A DNA stretch of 64,000 bases from Eledone cirrhosa (lineage: Eukaryota). A program made the translations under genes and the position numbers. Positions 11,089-27,234 of this stretch are shown piece after piece. The stretch is taken from NCBI GenBank assembly GCA_964016885.1, contig OZ024759.1, positions 33,604,001 through 33,668,000 on the forward strand, given 5' to 3'. The notes below the pieces were generated by a model. The model saw only the letters and a list, made by a program, of their open reading frames with translations. It was not told the origin of the DNA and made no database searches. Within the stretch, counting starts at the first letter, position 1, and every line of letters begins with the position of its first letter.

Positions 11089-11254
11089 CATGTAAAATTC
11101 CGTTATAACGAATACCATTGTAAAGAAAAAAAAAATCAGTATAACGAATTATTTTCAATCGCCGAGATAACAAACAAACGGTTGATTTGTTACGGTCAAT
11201 CTCGTTATGAAGAATTTTTCGTTACAGCGAATGCGTTATAACGGAATGTCCCTG
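11089..11254. mobile_element. Tigger/pogo-type MITE remnant
   Basis: TIR-like ends (ca)tgtaaaattccgttataacg / cgttataacggaatgtccctg followed by TA. Related copy at 31381-31564. Confidence 0.6.
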
Positions 11255-13156
11255 TATATATATTCACTTTATCAAGGCTGAATAGGGAGTATTTTTATTC
11301 TGCTTGAGGTTGGCGTGTTTATAAAATATAATGGTAGGAGCCGAGGTAATGAATTCCTACTACAACTGGAGTTCTACTTTATTACTGATGGCGTCTACTG
11401 GATGAGAATCCAACAGTAAACTGAGATATCTGAAGGTGAATTGAACTCTGAGACCGTAATAGCTCACCTTCTGTGGAGGAAGAAGTCTTTTGAATGTGAG
11501 ATAGGCTTTTCTATATACCTCTAACTGTTTGAATGTGTGGGTGGTAGATGGATGGTCAGTACGTCCTTTACATCCACGCCTGCGTAAAATTGTAGAATGA
11601 AACTTAATTCAACAAGAGAAGGACATCGGCAATGAAACCTTCTCCGTCTGTTTCCTTTCGTTCAGATTGAATTGTTTCGACAACGTAACCGTATTACATA
11701 ATATGCTCTCTGGTGATATCGCGTGACTGGCTGTGTGATTGAACCAACAGGTAGCCATGAATGCCATTGAAATATGTATTACAGTTTTATAAATAAAACA
11801 TCTACAAAAACATCCGCATTTTCCTTATTATATATAAATATGTCTTGTTTTGTTTTTTTCAGTTCCTAAAATTTCGTACATCTTCCTCTACAATATCAAT
11901 TTGAATTATTATTGACAAAAGGGGTTACTCCTTCTGTCATGGACCTTCTAAACCAGAGTGGATCATGACTGCTCATTTCATGAATAAGAAAATTATTAAG
12001 AAGATATTGATTCGTGAGTACAAGCTGAATTCAAAAACTGGTATAGTGTATGTTAGAATAGCTATAATCACGAAGCACTCCACACAATTGTCTTTTAGTT
12101 GCAGGTTGTGATGAGAGGGGTGTTGGGTGAATATATTTATTTACCAGCGAGTTCACCAAGTAGATTTAGTAAATGATAAAAATAGGAATAATAAGGTAGT
12201 ATTAATAACAATGATTTAACACCAAACAGAACACCACATGTACATCAGACACAGCAACGGCAGCCACCAAAACTGACGCTGTAACGTCAGTATTAACTTT
12301 AAATATTTGCTTTCAATAGGAATGTTGATTCAAAGATGAAATACAAATGAATGTTCCTCAAAGATCTTAAGGTAAAAAAAAAAAAGACATGAAATCTGAG
12401 TGGAGCATGCTTAGTATTATTATAAGTTTTTTTGATGTTGAGACTCTACAAGATTTGCTAATGTCGCTTTTCTAAAATGTTCAATTAATGTTGAATATAA
12501 AAAAAAGGGAAGTAATACTACAAAGGAAAAGAAGCGAAAACAACGGATGGTTTGATCGTAGGAAAATATTGGGAAGTATCGGGTAGGAGTTATAGAACAA
12601 ATACAACTAGAATAAAAATAAAAACAAAATATTAGTCCGAAACAATTGAAAAAAAAAACAGTAAAAAAACCAACAATGATAAACAAATACATCAATAAAT
12701 ATAAACAAAATAGAAATCAAAATGTAAAAAAAAAATGTAAAACCAACAAATTAATAAGAAACAAAAATTAACAAAAATCCAAAATGGCAAATATCCACGA
12801 CAAAAAATTGATTAGATTCTCAGATGGAAAAACATAGAATACTTCTAGTAAATCTCAGAATTCTGTCAAATATTTCGTGATTTCGAGGATAGATTCCTCT
12901 GATCAGAGAAAGTTCTTTGAAGAAGTCAGGAAGAATAAAAAGAAAGAAATAGTGTTGAAAATAAATATATACACGAATAAATAAATAAATAAATAAATAA
13001 AGTTGAAAAAAATATAATCAACAACGAGTTAGAGAGTAGGTGATGGGGAGATACAGAAAGACAGAGTGAGAGAGAAAAAGAGAGAGAGAGAGAGAGTAAA
13101 CAAATGTTAACAGTAATATTCATATTTTTAAAGGAAAATAGACCAGTTTATTCCAT

Positions 13157-13594
13157 TATAAATATATATATATATATAGACACATATATATATAAACATA
13201 TATATATATACATATATATAGACATATATATAAACATATATATATATACATATATATATATATAGGCGCATATATATAAACATATATATATATATAGACA
13301 CATATATATAAACATATATATATATATAGACACATATATATATAAACATATGTATATATACATATATATAAACATATATATATACATATATATATATATA
13401 CATATATATAGACATATATATAAACATATATATATACATATATATATATATATAGGCGCATATATATATATACATATATAAACATATATATAAACATATA
13501 TATATACATATATAAACATATATATATATATATATATAAAAACATACATTTATATATAAGCATACTTATATAAATAAACATAATATAAATAAAC

Positions 13595-13625
<31 letters not shown>

Positions 13626-13628
13626 ATG

Positions 13629-13666
<38 letters not shown>

Positions 13667-13700
13667 ATATATATATACACACACATACATGTATATACAT
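13157..13700. repeat. TA-rich compound microsatellite
   Basis: Directly visible. Confidence 0.95.
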
Positions 13701-13739
13701 ACATGCATCTAGATACATATACTTCGATGAATACGTATT

Positions 13740-13771
<32 letters not shown>

Positions 13772-14128
13772 CGTCATTTTTCAGAAGTATTTGAACTCAT
13801 TCATATAATGTGTGTATTCAGAGTTCGTGATATTTTGATGAGAAATACTTTATATATTTAACCACTTGGATTTTTACATCAGAGCATACAGCATAAGAAG
13901 TTAGAAACTTCGGTCTACCCCTACCACACCCCTCTCTATCTCTTTCTCTCTCTATATATATATACAGAGGCATGTATATATATATATTGATACATACTCA
14001 GCGAAAAGTGTGTGTGTGTGTATATATATATATATTTATATTGCATATACATCTCTCTCTGTGTATGATAAATTAAACTCAAGCAGAAATAACAAAGCAA
14101 ACGACTCAGTACAATGAAGAAATATATT

Positions 14129-14345
14129 GGTTTCTTATATAGGCACAAGGCCAGTGATTTTGGGGGAGGGGAAAGTCGATTAAATCGACCCCAGTGCGTG
14201 ACTGGTACTTTATTTTATCGACCCCGTGAGGATGAAAGGCAAAGTTAACCTCGGCCGGATTTGAACTCAGATCATAAAGGGCCGTAAATCTTTGCTGGAA
14301 AGCATGGCGTCCGTCTCTCTACCGATACTGCCAATCCATCGCCAT
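14129..14345 (-). mobile_element. Full-length tRNA-derived SINE with Nin/Deu-type domain (family A) and 20-bp target-site duplication
   Basis: Reverse strand reads ggcgatggattggcag...gagttcaaatcc...aactttgcctttcatcctcacggggtcgataaaataaagtaccag...ggccttgtgcc. TSD gtacaatgaagaaatatatt at 14109-14128 and 14346-14365. Confidence 0.92.
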
Positions 14346-14574
14346 GTACAATGAAGAAATATATTATTAGTTTTACGGTTAATGCTAACTAGCCAGGGCC
14401 GTGGAATCTACACTCTCGTCAGTCAGACGTACTTTCCTGTTATATCTATATCTATCTATATACTGCTATGTAACGTAATTCAGGCGTTTATGAGATGCTG
14501 TCATTATCTTCTCCCAGATGTTTGATACCAGTGATATGGAGTGATATCAGTAGGGACATGGCAATGGTTATGAT

Positions 14575-15235
14575 AGTTTTGTATGATCAGTGTGTTAATC
14601 TAAAAGCTAGTTCTACATCTGATACAGCCCGAGACGCTGCCGGATCTTTTTCACCAGGGAAATAACTGTATTCTACCGTCATTGAATCTCTGTAGACACT
14701 GTATTTCCAACCATATTATATAATATGAGCTTGCTCATTTTGAATGGTTCGGAGACGTATGTTAATCTCAAAGGTGGCTCTTCTACACCATTTTGCTAAA
14801 GACCAGGGGAATAACTATTCCTGCCGTCTGGAATCTCTGTAAACACTATGTATTTAAAACTATGTTATATAATGAGCTTGCTTATTTTGAATGGTTTGGA
14901 AATGTGTGTTAATCGCAAAGCTGGTTCTACAATGTACAGCACAAAACCAGGCTAATGACTATTTTTGCAGCCTTTAAATCTCTGTAGACATTCTGTACTT
15001 CTAACTGTATTATATAACATGAGCTTGATAACTCTGTATCGTTGAAAGATGTGTGTTGCCGTACGATATGGTTTTGTATGATCAAACTGTTAAACAAAAA
15101 GCTGGATCTACACATTATGTAGCTCAAGACCAGAGGAATAACTATTTTTGCCGTTTGGAATCTCTGTAGAGACATTGTACTTCCAACTATATTATATGAT
15201 ATGAGCTTGCTTACTGTGTATTGTTTGGAGATGTA
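14575..15235. repeat. Diverged tandem repeat, 4 copies of ~145-180 bp
   Basis: Recurring blocks tgttaatc..aaagctggttctaca, accagg..aataactat, aatctctgtagaca and atatgagcttg. Confidence 0.9.
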
Positions 15236-16133
15236 AGTGGTTGATTTCTACGAAGTCAACTTCAATCTAAAGTCTGTCGTGTTGCTTCGTAGTGTGCGAA
15301 TTTCGTCTTATTAAATATTTACACTTACTGTATTCATATGTTTTCTAAATCAACAAACTACCCGAGGCACACTCTCGCAATTGCAACAAAATAGGAAAGG
15401 CTACTGAATAAATAATTCAATATTATATAACTGAGAAACACACATGCAGACACTCCCTTACACACATGCATACACACACATGTATACACACACACATACA
15501 TACATACACGCATGTATACATATACGTACAGGCCCACATATGTATGAGTCCATATGCATATATGTGTATATGTGTGTGTGTGTATATACTTGTAAATGTA
15601 TGTACACAAAGTAAATATATAAATGCATGTGTATATATATATATATATATGTTTTGTTTTCTATTTTAACTATAATATCTATATATCTCTCTCTATATAT
15701 ATATATATATAGATAGTAGATATATATATATACGTATCTACATAAATGCATACATATATATATATACATATATATACACATACACACATATAGGTATATA
15801 CATAAATGCATATATATATATATATATATATAGAGCACATAATTTCATTTTAAAATGTTATTCTAAAAAGTCGACTGCGATCACGTTTACTGTTTTATTT
15901 TATGAAAGACCTTTCCTATTCTGTACTCCTTTAGACATATGTGTATATATATATACACTCAAATATATATGTCATGTGTGTGTGCGTATAATCTTATGCT
16001 TGTATGCATTAGACTATTGTGTACTATAATCTGATATAGCCATCGAACTGCGTTTGATATTCTTCAATATGGCGGTGCAATTTCCATTGCAAATACTTAT
16101 CGTGCTGCCATTCATTTGATATGAACATGCATA

Positions 16134-16242
<109 letters not shown>

Positions 16243-16274
16243 AAAGTAGCTATATATAAATGTCTATATCTATC

Positions 16275-16322
<48 letters not shown>

Positions 16323-16332
16323 AATGTATCCA

Positions 16333-16364
<32 letters not shown>

Positions 16365-16557
16365 AATGTATCCATATATATATATATATATATATATAAA
16401 TGTATCCATATATATATATATATATAAATGTATCCATATATATATATATATATATATATACAAATGTATCCATATATATATATATATATATATATATAAA
16501 TGTATCTATATATATATATAGATATATATAAATGTATCCATATATGTATATATATAA

Positions 16558-16609
<52 letters not shown>

Positions 16610-16646
16610 ATTGGCGTGGCTGTGTTTGTATGTGCATTTTTATATA

Positions 16647-16696
<50 letters not shown>

Positions 16697-16706
16697 TGTT
16701 GTGTGA

Positions 16707-16742
<36 letters not shown>

Positions 16743-18625
16743 GGGAGCATAAATATGTAAACATACAGTATAAGAATTATATACAGGTATTATTCAGGAG
16801 CCACCGAATATACGCATATTGTTATATCGAATAATATAGCACACGCATGCACGAATTAATGTTAGAAATTTGGTTCCGTTGGAATAATAGTTATTGATCT
16901 TTGCTTCTTTTATATAAGAATTGCTTCCGATCTTTCGATTTTCCTGCAAGAGTTCTAAAGAAAAGCTATCCATTCATACCAAACTCTCAGCAATTAACGT
17001 ATTTATAATGTGTCAAATTTACTGCAACCACACCTTCTCCATGTTTTATATCAAGGCATGATACAATTCGGATCTGCTTGGTTGTAGACCCACCATCCAT
17101 TCACTTTCTCACCTTCCTTTTACACATCTATCAGGAAAGCGTTAATTGAGGCAACTTTCAAAGTAAAATGAAATGTAAAATAAAGTGTTAAAACAAAATT
17201 ATTAAAATATGAAAAAAAAAAAAAGAAAAAGAATCAATTGAAAAAAGAAATATTCTCTTGGAATCAATTACTGAATTAAAAATCACCAAATCGATACTAA
17301 AATAAAGGAAATGAGAAGACCAAAAGATATCTATTCAATTGGCCGTGTAATCCGTGTTGATTTCAATGGTAAAATGCTTAGGTCATGAACCTGAAATATG
17401 TGTATCGATTATGTGAATTTTCGATCGATCAGCTTTATAGTTTCTTCGTTCGGGTGGAGGATATTTCTCAGGTGATTTCATTCTTCACAATGATATATAT
17501 ATCGAATTTGTTCATGTATCAATCTGACCTTCACCAGTTCCATTTCAAATGTCACAGCCCCCTTTTTGTGTCGAACAAATTATTGTGTGATGATATCAAT
17601 ACATTCTGGACATATCGAAATCTTGGTTTTATAAGGAATTTCAAACGCATACTGCCTTTTACTCTCAGGGCTTTCATAAAAGGTGTTTCCTTCGTATTGA
17701 CCGAGTTAAGGCAAGCGTTCAGAGTTCGATACATCAAAATCAAGTGTTCAATATGGTTTAACAAACCGAACATCAATATAATGGACATATCAGAAAGTTT
17801 GTTTCATAAGTGTTTTCCAAAACCAAGCTCTCTCCTATGTAGGCTTTGAATAAAAGATGTTTGTTTCGTATTAAACGAGATACGACAAGCGTACAGAGCT
17901 CGACTCATCGACATTCAGAGTTTAATAAAATGTGAGAAACTAGGTATCAATATTACAAAATCAAAGCAAACATATGTGAAACGGTCACAATTGATTGATT
18001 CAGCACTGATGACTTAATCCTAATATCTCCGAGTATGTTCTGTGTCACAGGTTCTCAAACTATTTCGGCCACCGCCCAATCTATCAGCCTCTCAAAAGCC
18101 TCTGATCTCCCTCAACCCTATTTCCAAAGAGACCTGCCTACACCCAAATTGTAAATTATATATAATAAATAAAATCGTTAAGTTATATGTAATAAATAAT
18201 ATAATATACACTATGTATAAAGCAATATTATATCATTTTTTTATTTTACTATATTTAAATATATATGTATCATATGATATTTAATATACTATGATAACAT
18301 CGCTGCCCAACACTGGACATTCTCAACGCCCGAGGGGCGTAGCACCCGCTTTGATAACTTCTATATTAGATGTATAAAGTTGACAGCATGCAACTCGCCT
18401 GAAGGTCAGATAGAATGCTGCTGTATTGTTTAGGGATCTGAGTTCAAATCCCACATATCTAACATATGCCGTTTATCCTTTCAATGCCCAGAAAACAAAT
18501 AAACAAAGATAGCAGTCAAGTACATGGGTCGATTCACCCGATATATATCTTTCAAACTCCCCCGCTTTCTTTCTCTCTCTCGCGTTCTTTATATTTTTCT
18601 CTTTCTCTTCCTATGTATATATATA

Positions 18626-18701
18626 CAGGGTCTAAAAAATGTATACACATTTTGATTAAAATGCTGTTGAACTGTGTATATATTTTCTGGGGCTCCCTCT
18701 G
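18626..18701. mobile_element. Tiny Tc1/mariner-type MITE remnant
   Basis: ta-cagggtctaaaaaatgtatacac ... gtgtatatattttctggggctccctctg; resembles 23876-23950. Confidence 0.5.
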
Positions 18702-19524
18702 CATATATCGTTTCTTTCTCTCTGTTTACTTTATCTTTTTCTCTTGTTGGCCTTGTGCTTAAGTCAGAAACCATTATATAAATCATGATATTATTACATA
18801 AGCCTTTCTTTCGTGCCGTTATAGACGGGTCAGTGTATGTATGTATGTATGTATGATTGTATGTATGTATGTATGTATGTATGTATGTACGCTAGCAACG
18901 ACGGGCGGGAAGACAAGAAACGGAAGCAAGCACCATCATCGTTATAAGCAGAACATCACAAAGGAAAAACAAAGAAAATGTCAAAAAGACGTCCAAAAGT
19001 GACAATAGAGTAGAGACCGAGCTGGAGCAACCTTCCACCTCCAAAGAGAAGTTGAAATATTGAAATGTTATTGGAGGTCTGGAATGGTGGTGTGTGTGTG
19101 TGTGGGGGGGGGGGGGGGTGAACTGGAATTTAATCAGTTTGCACCTTTTTGTCTGTGTATGTATGTGTGTGTGTAGGTAGGTATGTGTGTGTGTATGAAG
19201 GTATGTATGTATATATATGTAGTTATGTGTATGTATGTAGGTATGTGTGTATGTATGTATATATGTAGGTATGTGTGTGTGTATGTAGGTATGTATGTGT
19301 GTATGTATGTATATAGATGTAGGTATGTATGTGTGTATGTATGTATATAGATGTAGGTATGTATGTGTGTATGTATGTATATATATGTAGGTATGTATGT
19401 GTGTATGTATGTATATGTGTAGGTATGTATGTGTGTATGTAGGTATGTATGTGTGTATGTAGGTATGTAGGTATATATGCATATATATAGGTATGTATGT
19501 ATATATGTAGGTATGTATGTATGT

Positions 19525-20022
19525 GCAACCCCACCAAGGTTTCTTGGTGAGGAGGGTGACTTTGGACATCCTGCAGGACTAAAAACAAAACCTGTCAAAG
19601 GGCAAAGGAGCTCTTAAGAGTCAATGGCCATCCAAAATCACCGGGAGAGATGACCCCTTATCCTTTGTCAAGGTAGAATTCTAGGAGAGGAAAACTCTGA
19701 TATAACACCTGCAACCCTGATGGTTTCCAATGATGTTGACTTGTTCTTCTTTTTGGTAAATATCATCTTGGTGAAGAGAGTGGGACTGGCTTTGTGCAGT
19801 GCCTTTACTCACTATAAAAGTTTCACGGCACAGGCATTGCTGGAGATCTCTCTGCAGTTTCATCACAGGGTACAATGGGCCCAGCACAAGTGTAGTGTTT
19901 GTACCAGAGTTTTCAAGTCGCTGGCTGCACTAAAAAGTCACACTCGTTCAGCGCATCAATAGGGGTTCTCCTACATGGATATAAAGTAGAGGCCGTACTC
20001 GAAAACGAGTTGGCAGCAACCA
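19525..20022 (+). mobile_element. Short non-autonomous RTE-derived element (5' UTR fused to 3' end), 5'-truncated copy
   Basis: Highly similar to 44917-45526 (inverted). The 3' part encodes HKCSVCTRVFKSLAALKSHTRSAHQ*, a C2H2-like finger of the kind ending some RTE ORFs, followed by a short UTR and an (ATGT)n tail. The 5' part has ggagaggaaaactctga, typical of RTE 5' UTRs. Confidence 0.7.
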
Positions 20023-20725
20023 TGTATGTATGTATGTATGTATGTATGTCGGTATGTATGTATGTATGTATGTATGTATGTATGTCTGTCGGTATGTATG
20101 TATGTTCTTCTGGTTTTATAATTTCACAAGCGTTTACCAATAAAGAGAGAGTCAGTTTCTCACAGACACAAGACTCTCTCATTGGAATTTCCACAAAATC
20201 AACTAGATAGATATGTATGCATGTCTAGATATGGATGTTATTGTATGTGTGGATGTGTATGTGCTTTGTATCTGTACATACAGTTATTAGATGCAACATG
20301 TTTGGAATGTTTTACATATTTTTACTGTTTCCTTAATAGATTGTACTTGTAATGTGTGTGTGTGTCGGTATGTATGTATATCTATATAAATGTATATCTA
20401 TATAAATGTATATCTATATATATGTATATCTATATATATGTATATCTATATACATGTATATCTATATATATGTATATCTATATATATGTATATCTTGTAA
20501 TATGTATATCTATATATATGTATATCTTGTAATATGTATATCTTGTAATATGTATATCTTGTAATATGTGTATATATATATATATCTATATATATGTATA
20601 TCTTGTAATATGTGTATGTGTGTCGGTATGTATGTATGTTGGTATATATGTAATGTTTTATTAATTTTTCGACAACAGAAAGAGAGAGCCAATTCCTATC
20701 ATAGATAAAAGATTATTCTATTGGA

Positions 20726-22631
<1,906 letters not shown>

Positions 22632-22684
22632 GGAGATTGTGTGTGTGTAGATACGGCTAGCATTGCATTAATCTATGTATCTAT

Positions 22685-22760
<76 letters not shown>

Positions 22761-22912
22761 CATACACATTTATATACATATATATATATATATATATACA
22801 AATATATAAATAGACAGATATACGTATATATACATATATATATACGTACACACATACGCAGACATATAACCATATATATGTATATCCATATATATACGTA
22901 CACACATTCCGT

Positions 22913-22968
<56 letters not shown>

Positions 22969-23527
22969 CAGCGTCTGTGTGTACGTACGTCTCATAAATG
23001 CGTATAATCCCCAGATTCGTTCTATAATTCATTGTAAATGGAAAATATAATATTTTTAAACCGCAGTAAAATACATTCAACTTAAGCATGATTAGGATTT
23101 CGAAAAATTTGTTTTGAACAGATTGAATAAAACAAAATAAAATAAGATAAACTAAAATTTAATAAAATAATATAAAATTTAATAAAATAAATAAGTTTAA
23201 ATGAATAACAAAGCATATAAATGGAATAAATACATATCTAAATATATAGAGTATCTATGCCATCCTCATATGGCTTTGCTATTTGTTAAATTTTCTAAGC
23301 AAGTGATAGATATTACATACAGTAGTGAAATAATGAACAAAAACCTTCCATGTCACAAACTGTTCGCTATTACAATTGGGAATGTATGTAATATATAGAG
23401 TGACTTTGAATCTTAATTAATATCCAGCTGTCAGACATTTCAGCTTTGAGCAGATATCGATAGGTAAATAATATATATATATATAAATAAATGTATACAT
23501 GCATATATGTATGTATATGTATTTCTA

Positions 23528-23579
<52 letters not shown>

Positions 23580-23875
23580 TGTGTGTGTGTATAGTGTGTG
23601 TGTATATATATACATATATGTATGTGCATTGATATGTATGTATGTAAATGTGTATAGAAGTCAAGTGTAGAACCGAACGGTTCGTGTATCTATATTTGTA
23701 TATAATCGAATGATTTATTAAAAATGTATATCCATTATGAGATATCCAGTTCTGCGTTTACAGATTGACTTTGTTAGTTTCAGAAGATTCCGTTAAGGGT
23801 GAAAGCAGCGATTCTTTGCTTAAACTTTAATCTGTTATTTTAATAAATATATTGATATATATATATATACACACA

Positions 23876-23950
23876 CAGAGTGTCCCTCAAAAATATATAC
23901 ACGTTTGCCTGTACATGTAATAAGTGTGTAAACATTTTTGTGATACCCTG
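23876..23950. mobile_element. Tiny Tc1/mariner-type MITE
   Basis: TIR-like cagagtgtccctcaaaaatatatacac / gtgtaaacatttttgtgataccctg followed by TA. Confidence 0.6.
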
Positions 23951-24488
23951 TATAAAGGCTCATATGCATGTGTGCGCATGTCCGTCTGTGTAGCTTTTTG
24001 AACTGTGTAAAAGCTATTTCTAAACATACTTTAAAACATTATTGTTTATTGGTCGGTTAGAGCTGGCCTGAGCCTGAGGGGCGGTGTGTTTAGTTTCTAT
24101 GAACCAAAATATATTTAAGATGTGGGTGGTGGCCCGAAAACTCTGAGAACCTTTGCATTAAGATAATAAACTGGTATGATTTCAGAAAGAAAAGTAAAAA
24201 AAACGATCCACTTATAACAATTCGCCACTTATAACAATTAGCAATGGAAAGAATGAACGACAAACGGGAGTTCTGTAGTATTTAAAGCTAGGGGAAGTGC
24301 AGAGAAGCAGAGTTTATATGGCTAAGTGTTAACGACTTTCTGACGACTCTCCCGATATTCCAGTCAAAAGGTATGTTTAAAAGAATTGTAATGTCGATGA
24401 ATACGACTGAACTGGTTATATTTCTGTCACTATGTGTATTTAACGAAGATTATCAAAAAATAAGACATTAAGCAATATACGCTCTACA

Positions 24489-24564
<76 letters not shown>

Positions 24565-24984
24565 TAAATGTTCTATATATATATATATATATTTAACTGA
24601 ATTTTATCTCTCTCTCTTATATATATATATATATCAATTCTAGTTAATATTTTATTTTTAACCCAAAATTCGTCGTCCATGTAGCATTCCAATATCTTTT
24701 TTGATTGACTTGGAAATAAAAAGTCAGAGTAGGGGAGATTTGTTTTTCTATTTTAAAAAATGTTGAATCTTACTTTTTTTAATATTCTTTAAGATCGTGA
24801 CAGCCTTACGTAACATAGAAGAAAAAAGGGACATATTGCGAAGTATTTATGAGTTTTATCCACAAATTCACTCTGAAATGCCGGCATAAAAGTGTGGAGA
24901 AGAATATTAAAAATAAAATAGAAGGAAAGGAAACCGTTTCTCATTTTCAGCAGCTCTTGTGTATAGGTGTGTATAAATAAACAT

Positions 24985-25030
<46 letters not shown>

Positions 25031-25120
25031 GCATACTTATATATATATATGTGTGTGTGTGTATATATATCTATCTATTTATGTGTGTATATATATATCA
25101 ACATATCTGCGTATATCTAG

Positions 25121-25183
<63 letters not shown>

Positions 25184-25253
25184 ATTCCGGGTTGAATCAG
25201 AGGTAACCACAGTACGTAAGGTACTCAATACATAGCAGAGTATAACAGTGTTA

Positions 25254-25366
25254 ATATAGTTGAGATTCTACAGGAATAGAAATGTTTCATTCTTTAGAAA
25301 TCATCACGAATCCTGATGATTTCTAAAGAATGAAACAGTTCTAGTCCTGTAGAATCTCATCTATAT
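25254..25366. repeat. Inverted repeat (53-bp arms, 7-nt loop) containing a partial hammerhead core
   Basis: atatagttgagattctacagg...aaatcatca cgaatcc tgatgattt...cctgtagaatctcatctatat. Confidence 0.95.
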
Positions 25367-25436
25367 ATATATATACAAGTATATATGTGTGTGTTTGAAT
25401 GGTTCAATATCTATCTATGTATAATATATATTTACA

Positions 25437-25809
25437 TTATATATATATATATATATATACATATAAACATATATATATATATATAAACATATATATATAT
25501 ATATAAACATATATATATATAAACATACATATATATAAACATACATATATATAAACATACATATATATAAACATACATATATATAAACATACATATATAT
25601 AAACATACATATATATAAACATACATATATATAAACATATATATATAAACATATATATATATATATATAAACATATATACATATATAAACATATATACAT
25701 ATATATATATATATAAACATATATACATATATATATAAACATATATATATATATATATATAAACATATATATATATATATATAAACATATATATATATAT
25801 ATAAACATA

Positions 25810-25884
<75 letters not shown>

Positions 25885-25989
25885 ATATATATATATATAT
25901 AAACATATATATATATATATATAAACATATATATATATATATATAAACATATATATATATATATATATAAACATATATATATATATATA

Positions 25990-26041
<52 letters not shown>
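25437..26041. repeat. (TA)n microsatellite with aaac interruptions
   Basis: Directly visible. Confidence 0.95.
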
Positions 26042-26044
<3 letters not shown>

Positions 26045-26444
26045 GTTCTATAGTACCAATCAATAAGTGAAAGAAATGTATGCAAACATTTCATACGAAG
26101 CAAGCAAACGAAATAACAAAATGTAGGAATTACTATGCCGCACTAAATAACAAGAACTACTCAAAACAAAGAGAAAAGAGAAAATACTGCAGATAACACG
26201 TAAACAACCTCCTCCGGCGTTCTGCGATAAAGATGTAAGAATTCATGATTTGAGAAGATGTCTTGAAGGTAGAAGAGGCGATGAGAAAAATATAAAAATA
26301 GCCAACAGCAATGTCACACATCTATTTCATTCATTCCCCGAGTAATTGCGTCCTTCTCGTTGACGTTGTTGTCGTCCTTGCTGTTTTTGTAGCTTTCTTC
26401 TTCGTCTTCTTCCAGAATTGCAGAAAACATAAACGTACCACCGG

Positions 26445-26505
<61 letters not shown>

Positions 26506-26528
26506 ATTTATGGGGGTGTGTGTGTCTG

Positions 26529-26570
<42 letters not shown>

Positions 26571-26677
26571 CATATATTTATATATACATATAGTAATAAT
26601 AATACGTGTGTATATATATATGCTTATATTTATATATATACACACACATATATGTATATATGTGTACGTGTGTATAC

Positions 26678-26717
<40 letters not shown>

Positions 26718-26754
26718 GTACGTGTATATATATATATATATTAATGTACGTGTG

Positions 26755-26807
<53 letters not shown>

Positions 26808-27187
26808 TTAAAAAAAAAAAATAAAAAAAAAAAAATCACTGATGCATCTGGGCTGCGTTTTACAGTTGTTTCTCCGGCAGGTGGCTCCAGACATAATCAC
26901 TGCATGGATCTGGCTCATTCTACGGCTGCAGGTTCCTCGGACACGGGTAGTTGTTCGTAGCAAATGTTCTCACTGGGGTGTTATCGTAAAAAAAACACAC
27001 CTTCAAAAACTTCTTCCACTCTTTTTTTGTTCGATGATTCATTGGCTGTTGCTATCCCACATCATCTTAAGTTCTGGTCATTATTTACTGCTAGACGGGT
27101 CATCCGCCATTTTCCGACTGACACACTTCAATGGAGTCATGCTGGGTTCGGTATCTCATACGTCTCTTCACACTCCAGAGTATGTAC

Positions 27188-27234
<47 letters not shown>

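Noticed and set aside
18006-18040. Isolated CTGATGA/CTGACGA matches (also near 24340, 28396, 31199, 34126)
   Set aside because: There is no stem II followed by GAAA and no pairable stems I or III; chance 7-mers.
19720-19962. C2H2 zinc-finger host gene
   Set aside because: It is a single finger inside a dispersed repeat with a retroposon tail, and the frame is not preserved in the 44917-45526 copy.
26314-26440. Acidic minus-strand ORF ([18 protein letters not shown]) as a possible exon
   Set aside because: Low-complexity GAA/AAC triplets, no recognisable domain and no convincing splice context.
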